A stretch of DNA of 32,000 nt from an uncultured Alphaproteobacteria bacterium. Lineage in GTDB: Bacteria; Pseudomonadota; Alphaproteobacteria; Rs-D84; CACZYB01. The notes beneath the pieces were generated by a model. That model saw only the letters and a list, made by a program, of their open reading frames with translations. It searched no databases and was not told the origin of the DNA. Position numbers and translations under genes: made by a program. Numbering within the stretch: position 1 is the stretch's first letter; each line of letters opens with the position of its first letter. The stretch lies in NCBI GenBank assembly GCA_934246625.1, contig CAKQHZ010000001.1:616223-648222 (forward strand). Reading direction: 5' to 3'. Below are positions 25,304 to 32,000 of the stretch, piece by piece.

Positions 25304-26216
25304 ATTAGTATTGTTTTGTAAAACTTTTAAGGGCGATTTTAAAAGATTTAAAATTTTAAAGGAGTCTGTTGATAAATATAATAAGGATAATTTACCATTT
25401 TATATAAGTGTTCCAAAAAGTGATTTGGAACTTTTCCGTAAAGTGAAGCATAATGCTTCTTATAAATTTGAAATTTTGACTGATGAGGAAATTATTGGTG
25501 GTGAAGATAATATTCAAAATTGGATAACTCAACAAACTGTGAAAATGAAATTTTATAAGGTTGGGGTGGCTGATTTTTATCTTATTTTGGATAGTGATTC
25601 ATATTTTATTCAAGATTTTCATAAATCTGATTTTATGTATGATGATGAAACTCCTTATATCGTGATGTATGAAAACAAGTATTTTAAGGAGTTGGCATCT
25701 TGCCTTGGTGATAAAAATATTTTTGATAATGTTAAGAAAATTAAAGATTATTTAAAGCGTGATGGAAAAATTTATTCTTTTTATTCAAATCCGATTTTCA
25801 GTTCAAAGGTTTTAGCCGAGCTTGAGAAAAATGTGGATACCATTGAAAATTTGATTGCAAAATATCCTCTTGAATATGTATGGCATGGTGAATATTTATT
25901 AAAATCAAGATGTATAAATTTTATGCCATGTGAAAGTTTTTTCAAAATTTTTAATTATGAAGCGGAATACAAACTTTGGCAATCACAAGGTGAAAATTTA
26001 TCTGATATTAAAAAATATTATGTTGGTATTTTAATGCAAGATAGATGGTGTAAAAAGAGTAAATTTAAAAATTCTTTGAAACAAAAGTTTAATAGACGAC
26101 TTAAAAGAATTATTTTCTTTATTAACACAGATAGAGCACATTTGAAAAAGAATTTCAGATTTTATAGACATCTTGTTCGTGATTTTTTCAAAGTGATTTT
26201 TAAGGGAGAATATTAG
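25296..26216 (+). CDS. Putative GT-A-like transferase with DxD motif (paralog 1), family unassigned
   Basis: AAGGAGG RBS. LFCKTFKGDFKRFKILKESVDKYNKDNLPFYISVP and ILDSDSYF (DxD). Paralogous to the next gene. Confidence 0.65.
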   Translation: MAKLVLFCKTFKGDFKRFKILKESVDKYNKDNLPFYISVPKSDLELFRKVKHNASYKFEILTDEEIIGGEDNIQNWITQQTVKMKFYKVGVADFYLILDSDSYFIQDFHKSDFMYDDETPYIVMYENKYFKELASCLGDKNIFDNVKKIKDYLKRDGKIYSFYSNPIFSSKVLAELEKNVDTIENLIAKYPLEYVWHGEYLLKSRCINFMPCESFFKIFNYEAEYKLWQSQGENLSDIKKYYVGILMQDRWCKKSKFKNSLKQKFNRRLKRIIFFINTDRAHLKKNFRFYRHLVRDFFKVIFKGEY

Positions 26217-26217
26217 T

Positions 26218-27195
26218 ATGCAAGTTTTTGGTTTGTTTTGTAAAACATATCGTGGTGATTTGGACAGATTTAAAATTTTAAAGGAGTCTGTTGATAAATT
26301 TAATAAAGATAATGTTCCATTTTATGTGATATGTCCTTTGGTTGATATGGATATATTTTCTTTGCTTAAAACTGGAAATGAAACTTATGAATATAAAGTT
26401 ATAAGTGATGAGGAAGTTTTGGGTATGGGTGAAAATGAAAATCATAAACAAGATTGGTATTCTCAACAGGTGATTAAATTAGAATTTTACAAATTAAAAC
26501 TTGTTAAGCATTGGTTAAGTCTTGATAGTGATTGTTATTTTATTCGTGATTTTTATGTTAAGGATTACTTGCTTGATGAAAAGATTCCTTATGTTCCACT
26601 TACCGAACCAATGAAGGGTGCAGAGTGTAATTTTATGCAACTTTTTAGAGCATTGTCTTCAAAGGAAGAAGAGCAAACTTGGAATATCGGTGCAAAAAAT
26701 TATATTGGTCGTGAAGGTAAAAGATTTTGCCTTAATGTGCCTCCTGTGCTTTCTTATGATGTATTATGTCATATTAGTGAAAATTTATTGCAACCAAAGA
26801 AAATGCAATTTGCAGATTTGATAAAAATAAGTCCGTATGAATATGAATGGTATTGTGATTATTTGTTGAAATTTAAACCTATTGAATTTCAAGTTTGCAC
26901 TCCATTTTTTGTAAGTTTTTATAATGAAACTTTTTATCAACTTTACAGAAAACTTGGTTTTACAGAAGAAATACTTTCAAATTATTATACTGGTCTTATT
27001 ATGCACGAAGGTTGGATAAAGGATAAAAAATTTAAGAAAAGTTTGTTTGGAACTTTTGTTCGAAAATTATTGATTATTTATTTTTATTGGCACGAACAAA
27101 AATATCCATCTAAAAAGGAAAAATTTTCATTTAAAAAGTTTTGGAAAAAATATTATACTGTTCCATCACGTGTTTTTAGGAATAAGAGAGGTTAA
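26218..27195 (+). CDS. Putative GT-A-like transferase with DxD motif (paralog 2), family unassigned
   Basis: LFCKTYRGDLDRFKILKESVDKFNKDNVPFYVICP and SLDSDCYF. It starts 1 nt after the stop of paralog 1. Confidence 0.65.
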   Translation: MQVFGLFCKTYRGDLDRFKILKESVDKFNKDNVPFYVICPLVDMDIFSLLKTGNETYEYKVISDEEVLGMGENENHKQDWYSQQVIKLEFYKLKLVKHWLSLDSDCYFIRDFYVKDYLLDEKIPYVPLTEPMKGAECNFMQLFRALSSKEEEQTWNIGAKNYIGREGKRFCLNVPPVLSYDVLCHISENLLQPKKMQFADLIKISPYEYEWYCDYLLKFKPIEFQVCTPFFVSFYNETFYQLYRKLGFTEEILSNYYTGLIMHEGWIKDKKFKKSLFGTFVRKLLIIYFYWHEQKYPSKKEKFSFKKFWKKYYTVPSRVFRNKRG

Positions 27196-27196
27196 T

Positions 27197-28405
27197 ATGT
27201 TAAGAAAAACAAAGCCATTGATTGTTGTTGTGTATTGTGGAAAGGCATGGGTTTTAAATCGTATGGCCAATTTGATAAAGAAAACTTTGAGTTCAAAGTT
27301 TGATGTGCTTACTTGCTATAGTGGTGCATTAACAAAAAAATACAATGGTAATCCTGAGTATATTAAAAATTTGCCTGTAGATGCATATTGTAATCTTATC
27401 CCAACAGATGATATTAGGGACGAATATATAAATGGTAATGAAGTTGTTGTATCAACTGTGCATCATTGGGTAAATGATGAAATGTATAATCAACTTTATC
27501 CTACATTTGCGAAAAGTAATTTTATTGTTGTTGATAGTAGTGAGTGGAAGGAACATTTACAAGAAAAGGGGGTTGCGACTGGAATTGATGTAGTTCTTCC
27601 TTTTGTTGATAAAAGATTTTTCAAAAATACACATACTGTGAAATCACATAAAATTGCTTTGGGTGTATTTGCAATGATACATTCGAATCCAGAAGAAGAT
27701 AGAAAGGGAAGTAAGTATTTGCTTTCTTTGGCAGAATATATCAAAGCAAATGGTATGGAAGATAAATTTAAGTTTGTTATAAGTGGTAATGGTTGGGATA
27801 TTATTATTACCAAAATTCGTGAACTTGGAATAGAAGTTGATTATTTTCCTCAAGTCGCAGATGAGGAAATGCCAAAACTTTATTCTCGACTTGATTTTTA
27901 CTTAATGCTTTCTAATATTGAGGGTGGTCCTTTTTCTGTGATGGAAGCAATGGCAAAAAAGGTTGTCGTTATTGCAAACAATATTGGTGTTGTAAGGGAT
28001 ATTGGTAAAGATAAAGAAAATATTGTGATTGTTGATAATAAGAATACAAAGCAAATTTTTGATTCAATCCTTTATTATTATAACAACAAAAGTGAGTATA
28101 AAAGAATTGCAAATAATGGATTTGATGTTGCTGTTTTGCATACTGCAGATAAGGTTTATTCAAAATATATAGATATATTTGAAAGGTTGATTGATAAATC
28201 AAAAGTTAAATATGATAACAATATTGATTTGGAAGAAGTGCAAAAGTATTTGGATACTTTTGGTTGTCCAATTATACAAAGTTTTACAATTACATCATTT
28301 TGGAAAAAGCATATCCTTAAACCAATAATGAAGTTTGTAAGAGTGTTTGTATTTATTCCATCATTAAGGAAGAAAATGAAAAATATATATAAAAATTGGA
28401 GGTAA
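27197..28405 (+). CDS. GT4-like glycosyltransferase
   Basis: MLSNIEGGPFSVMEAMAKKVVVIANNIGVVRD (EX7E-like). The ATG at 27197 with AGAGAGG upstream is preferred over the listed 27170 start. Confidence 0.65.
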   Translation: MLRKTKPLIVVVYCGKAWVLNRMANLIKKTLSSKFDVLTCYSGALTKKYNGNPEYIKNLPVDAYCNLIPTDDIRDEYINGNEVVVSTVHHWVNDEMYNQLYPTFAKSNFIVVDSSEWKEHLQEKGVATGIDVVLPFVDKRFFKNTHTVKSHKIALGVFAMIHSNPEEDRKGSKYLLSLAEYIKANGMEDKFKFVISGNGWDIIITKIRELGIEVDYFPQVADEEMPKLYSRLDFYLMLSNIEGGPFSVMEAMAKKVVVIANNIGVVRDIGKDKENIVIVDNKNTKQIFDSILYYYNNKSEYKRIANNGFDVAVLHTADKVYSKYIDIFERLIDKSKVKYDNNIDLEEVQKYLDTFGCPIIQSFTITSFWKKHILKPIMKFVRVFVFIPSLRKKMKNIYKNWR

Positions 28406-28407
28406 GA

Positions 28408-29331
28408 ATGAAAAAGGCAAAGGGTTTGAAAAAGCGTTGGTATATGCTTAGGGATTTAATCGGTCTTCATAGTAAAAAGTATAATTATAAAAACAATTAT
28501 ACTAAGGATTTAAAAATTGAAAGTTTTTGTGAAGATTATCTTAATAATATTGTTTTTAAAGCTCAGAAAAAAGATAGTGATATTATGTTAAAGGTGTTTG
28601 AAAAGTTTTCAACTAAAACTTGGGCTCCTTATGGCACAGAAAGAACTTTTGTTTGTGGTGTAGATGCTGCTCCTGGAGTAACGGAAACAACATTGACATT
28701 GCTTTATGATGAACTTAAAAATAATCCAAAAAATAAAAAGATTTTAAGTCTTGGTTGTGGTTTGCGTGATGGTTTAAAATTTCTTGAATTTATAGGTTAT
28801 GATGCTTTTGGTGTCGATTTTGATGTGCCAAAGGACAAGCAAACTGATAAACTTAAATGGCATAATTTGAATACAACCGATGATTTGCCTTTTGATGAAG
28901 GATTTTTTGATGTTGTTTTGTGTCAGGAGGTTATTGAACATATTGAAAATCCATGGCTTTTATTTAGAAAGGTTAAACGTGTCCTTAAAAAAGGTGGTAT
29001 ATTTTTATTTACTACACCAAATATAAATTGTCGTGAAGCAAGATTGAAATTTGCAAGCAATATTTATGGATATAATATACACTTTAATCCTGATATGACA
29101 TGGTATCATATTAACCCACTTCCATTTTTTGAATTGAAGCATATTATTAGTTATAATAATTTTTCAATAAAAACTATTTCTGGAAATATGGATTATTTTA
29201 TTGAGTATATGGTAAATGATAATGATGGGGAATTTGTTAATGTGTTGAACAGAAATGATGTGTGTCATTATTTGCTTATTAACAATGATAATGAAATAAA
29301 GCCTTATATTCCAAAGCCAACATTTAGATAA
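28408..29331 (+). CDS. Class I SAM-dependent methyltransferase
   Basis: GGAGG RBS before ATG 28408. Motif I is [11 protein letters not shown]. Also [16 protein letters not shown] and [10 protein letters not shown]. Confidence 0.8.
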   Translation: MKKAKGLKKRWYMLRDLIGLHSKKYNYKNNYTKDLKIESFCEDYLNNIVFKAQKKDSDIMLKVFEKFSTKTWAPYGTERTFVCGVDAAPGVTETTLTLLYDELKNNPKNKKILSLGCGLRDGLKFLEFIGYDAFGVDFDVPKDKQTDKLKWHNLNTTDDLPFDEGFFDVVLCQEVIEHIENPWLLFRKVKRVLKKGGIFLFTTPNINCREARLKFASNIYGYNIHFNPDMTWYHINPLPFFELKHIISYNNFSIKTISGNMDYFIEYMVNDNDGEFVNVLNRNDVCHYLLINNDNEIKPYIPKPTFR

Positions 29332-29341
29332 GAGGGTCGCA

Positions 29342-29998
29342 ATGAAAAAAGCAAAAGGATTGATGAAACGTTGGTATATGCTTAGAGATTTTTTTGGTAT
29401 AAGTAGTAAGAATTATAACTATAAAAACAATTATACAAAAAATGATATAAGTTTATCTGGGGAGGGTAAAAGCCTTTCTAAATTTATAAAAAACTTGGAT
29501 AGTGTTGATGGAAGTTCTGTTTCACCAGATTGTATTGTGTCCGAGGTGGAAAATCTTGTATCTATTGGTTCGTATTCATTTGTTGTAAATGGGTGTATAT
29601 TACAAGGAGAAGCTCCAAATTCTATTTTTATAGGAAATAATGTTAGAATTGCCTTTGGCACAACAATTTGGACGACAAATCATAATTATGAAGGTGAGGC
29701 TTTGCCATTTGATGAAGGTGTAATTGTGAAACCTGTTGTGATAGAAGATAATGTTTGGATTGGTGCAAAATCTATTATCCTTCCTGGGGTAAAAATCGGT
29801 GAAGGTGCCATCGTTGGTATGGGTGCCGTTGTTGTAAAAGATGTTCCTCCACTTGCAATAGTTGGTGGAAACCCAGCCAAAGTTTTAAAGTATAGGGATA
29901 AAGAAAGGTATGAAAGATTGAAACGTGAAGAAAAGTTTTTTTATAAGATAGATTATGTAAAAGAAAAAACAATTATATATAAAAAGAAGCCCGAATAA
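29342..29998 (+). CDS. Hexapeptide-repeat (LbH) O-acetyltransferase
   Basis: [52 protein letters not shown] is typical of maltose/galactoside-type acetyltransferases. Confidence 0.85.
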   Translation: MKKAKGLMKRWYMLRDFFGISSKNYNYKNNYTKNDISLSGEGKSLSKFIKNLDSVDGSSVSPDCIVSEVENLVSIGSYSFVVNGCILQGEAPNSIFIGNNVRIAFGTTIWTTNHNYEGEALPFDEGVIVKPVVIEDNVWIGAKSIILPGVKIGEGAIVGMGAVVVKDVPPLAIVGGNPAKVLKYRDKERYERLKREEKFFYKIDYVKEKTIIYKKKPE

Positions 29999-30013
29999 TA
30001 CGGGCCTTTTTTA
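29987..30013. terminator. Bidirectional terminator between convergent genes
   Basis: GCCCG (29989-29993), loop aataata, CGGGC (30001-30005), with T6 (30007-30012) downstream and an A-run upstream. It overlaps both stop codons. Confidence 0.65.
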
Positions 30014-30271
30014 TTTTGGATATTTGTCTTTGATTTTTTTAATGGTGTCTTGCCAAATAGAGGTATTGTTCACCTTGTCCCAATAAATCATATCAAGTTG
30101 GTCTTCGATTTTTGGGTATTCGTTTTGGCGTTTTTGCTTATATGTTAATGTATAAGTTTCAGTTGGAATTTTTTCTATTTCTTCTATCAATGTTCCGGTT
30201 GGAAATTCCTTTATAATATTTTTATTTTCACTATAACTTATTTGGCCATTTTTTTCAGTGATTTTATACAT
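30011..30271 (-). CDS. Small protein translationally coupled to the tail-fibre gene (86 aa, possible fibre accessory/chaperone)
   Basis: The ATG at 30271 overlaps the fibre stop (AATGTATAA), with AAAGGAAA upstream. The listed longer start at 30337 lies inside the fibre gene. No family assigned. Confidence 0.5.
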   Translation of the reverse strand: MYKITEKNGQISYSENKNIIKEFPTGTLIEEIEKIPTETYTLTYKQKRQNEYPKIEDQLDMIYWDKVNNTSIWQDTIKKIKDKYPK

Positions 30272-31394
30272 TTTCAATTTTCCTTTCTTTGAATAAATAA
30301 AGTGCGATTTTACGATTGATATCGTTGGCTCCATCATTTGTTATAACATCATTCTTTTTTACTGGGATACTTGTTGAACCGTAAATCCATTGATTGTTAT
30401 CATTTTTGAAAAATGCAAAAAGTTGTTTGTTTAGGTAAAGATTTACTGCAGATGTGTTCTTTGTTCCAACAACAAAAAAGGCATGGCCATCAAATGGAAT
30501 TTTGTATGATGTGATGTTTGCAAATGATAAAGTTATAGTTGTTGCTTGGTTTGGTAAATTTTTATCATGGGAATCAACAATGCTTGCTTCGTCAATATAA
30601 AGGTTTTCATCAAGTGAGAATGAACCGATTTTCCTTATTGCAATAATATCTTCGGATATTCTTAATTCTTCGCTTGAAATTATTATATCAGCGATGTTAT
30701 TGTTTGTAAGGATTGCGAATATGAAATAAGTTGTTCCCGTTGCAAGAGTTAATCCGCTTTTAAGTCCGCCAAGTCCATTTCCAACTTCCCACATAGTGTT
30801 GATATTTTTTGTTATATCTGTATTAAAGATAATGTCGTATTTATCGTCATTACTTCTTGCACAACCTTTGGATATTTGAATTATGGTGTTGGCATTTTTT
30901 GATACGATAAGTCCGTCCACATAATTTGGTGGAAGTTTTATATGTTTGTTGATAAGTGTCAGAGCATTTTTTGGTGAAACTGCTTTGGCATTATTTGTTG
31001 CAAGCAAAGTTTCATCAATGGTTGCAAATTGTGTTGGACCAATAGTTGTTTCAGTTGCAAGTTGGGTTGCATTTGATGAGTCGGATTTCATAATTCCGCG
31101 TGATGCAATGTCATCTTTTGATACATTGCTTAGGTCCTGTTTTGCGATTTGTCGAGAAGCTATATCATCGCAGGAAACATTTGTCATATCTGATTTTGCG
31201 ATGCCTTTATCAACAATTTTTTGCATTGGAATATTTTTTAAATCTTCGCGGGCAAGGGCAAAGCCTCCTGCGGTTTTATTGTCGTGAACTACGGCTGTGG
31301 ATTTTGTTGTGTCTACGGTTATTTCTCCTTCAAGACCTGTAAAAAGCAAATGCTCGTCAGTTGTGCCACGACGAAATTGTATAGCAGTTGTCAT
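30264..31394 (-). CDS. Phage tail-fibre / receptor-binding protein with Mtd-N-like N-terminus
   Basis: MTTAIQFRRGTTDEHLLFTGLEGEITVDTTKSTAVVHDNKTAGGFALARED closely parallels the N-terminus of Bordetella phage BPP-1 Mtd (MSTAVQFRGGTTAQHATFTGAAREITVDTDKNTVVVHDGATAGGFPLARHD, from memory). LTLATGTTYFIFAI ~ ALTAGTDYAIYV. GGAGG RBS. Confidence 0.75.
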   Translation of the reverse strand: MTTAIQFRRGTTDEHLLFTGLEGEITVDTTKSTAVVHDNKTAGGFALAREDLKNIPMQKIVDKGIAKSDMTNVSCDDIASRQIAKQDLSNVSKDDIASRGIMKSDSSNATQLATETTIGPTQFATIDETLLATNNAKAVSPKNALTLINKHIKLPPNYVDGLIVSKNANTIIQISKGCARSNDDKYDIIFNTDITKNINTMWEVGNGLGGLKSGLTLATGTTYFIFAILTNNNIADIIISSEELRISEDIIAIRKIGSFSLDENLYIDEASIVDSHDKNLPNQATTITLSFANITSYKIPFDGHAFFVVGTKNTSAVNLYLNKQLFAFFKNDNNQWIYGSTSIPVKKNDVITNDGANDINRKIALYLFKERKIENV

Positions 31395-31739
31395 TTTTCC
31401 TCCTATGTTAGATTAAGTTTTTATATCAAACTTTTTTTGAAAATAGTTTTGAAATTAAGAAAATAAATATTGTGAAGTTTGATATTTAAGATAACTAATA
31501 TAGATATAATTATCCCATTAGTTGAAATTTACTATACACTATTTTTGATAAAAAGTCAAGAACAAAATCAGAACTTTTTATTTTATACTGATAACTATTC
31601 TTAGAATACTTTACTTTATACTGATTGAGATTTTTATATTTATAGAAAAATATCTTTGCAAAAAATATAAAATGTAATATGATTGAATCAGATTTGTATT
31701 TTTACAAATTTAGTATTCGTGAATGGATACGGGCTGTCG

Positions 31740-31935
31740 CAAGCCTTGTAATGTTAGTGCTAAGATTTGGCACTTTAAAGTCATATCCCCGTTGTTGGGG
31801 AGCCCTTGACGTATGTTCAGAGAGTAATTCTTTACTCTTAAAGGTCATGTGGAATCAATTAACATTACTGATTTGCGAACTCCCCGACGTTTTCGAATAT
31901 GTGGGAAAAATTTTGTGATACACAAAAAAGGGGAA
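31740..31935 (+). ncRNA. Candidate structured 5' leader (riboswitch-like, class unknown)
   Basis: Locally GC-richer. Pairings seen: 9-bp long-range helix GTAATGTTA (31748-31756)/TAACATTAC (31860-31868), hairpins AGTGC/GCACT (31756-31774), CCCC/GGGG (31787-31800), AGAGTAA/TTACTCT (31821-31838), alternative GGGGAG (31797-31802)/CTCCCC (31880-31885), and TTTTGTG/CACAAAA (31911-31927) next to the SD GGGGAAG. Confidence 0.35.
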
Positions 31936-31942
31936 GAAAACC

Positions 31943-32000
31943 ATGAAAAACTTATCTAAAGTACTTTGTATTTGTGCGGGGGCTATCTCGGCAAATCCTA
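31943..32000 (+). CDS. 5' end of a gene for a signal-peptide protein (cut by the window edge)
   Basis: The ATG at 31943 is preceded by GGGGAAG. It encodes MKNLSKVLCICAGAISANP..., a Sec-type leader. Confidence 0.4.
   Translation, partial: MKNLSKVLCICAGAISANP

Noticed and set aside
30264-31394. Diversity-generating retroelement (DGR) target, suggested by the Mtd-like N-terminus
   Set aside because: There is no reverse transcriptase, no template repeat and no sequence in the window resembling the 3' end of the gene. The C-terminus does not look like a C-type-lectin variable region.
31679-31918. 79-aa ORF on the plus strand
   Set aside because: It has no Shine-Dalgarno, no recognisable protein features, and coincides with the region of dense RNA-type base pairing. 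It is better explained as a structured leader.

Overview
AT-rich bacterial chromosomal segment. The fabF-mltG order and the look of the FabF and HTH proteins suggest an alphaproteobacterium-like host, but that is inference only. Layout: (1) Core genes: fabF (5' partial), mltG and tRNA-Lys(UUU). (2) Two tandem, even more AT-rich accessory islands (about 2.1-8.2 kb and 8.2-15.7 kb). They are delimited by three direct copies of the tRNA-Lys 3' end plus its terminator hairpin, and no integrase or recombinase ORF is visible. Island 1 carries a membrane protein plus 686-aa ORFan cassette, and a 787-aa protein with nine zinc-ribbon repeats around a Vsr/DUF559-like nuclease core. Island 2 carries small ORFans, a proline iminopeptidase and, divergent from it, a tightly coupled operon of a truncated AlaRS-like adenylation core, a P-loop kinase and an archaeal-type SAM-synthetase-like enzyme. 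This operon is my top candidate for an undescribed system. (3) A G9 tract sits inside a short upstream ORF ahead of a two-gene secreted-protein operon (candidate phase variation). Next come a Cro/CI-like HTH gene, an Imm-type superinfection-immunity-like gene and tRNA-Lys(CUU) on the minus strand. (4) An 11-gene surface-glycan cluster: GT2, HldC-like nucleotidyltransferase, gmd, several GT4-like enzymes, two tandem DxD paralogs, a methyltransferase and an acetyltransferase. No export, polymerase or initiating genes are in the window. (5) An orphan Mtd-N-like phage tail-fibre gene translationally coupled to a small ORF. (6) A GC-richer, highly structured leader upstream of a partial gene encoding a signal-peptide protein. 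No rRNA, CRISPR array or transposase was seen. All family assignments come from motif recognition by eye and need profile searches.
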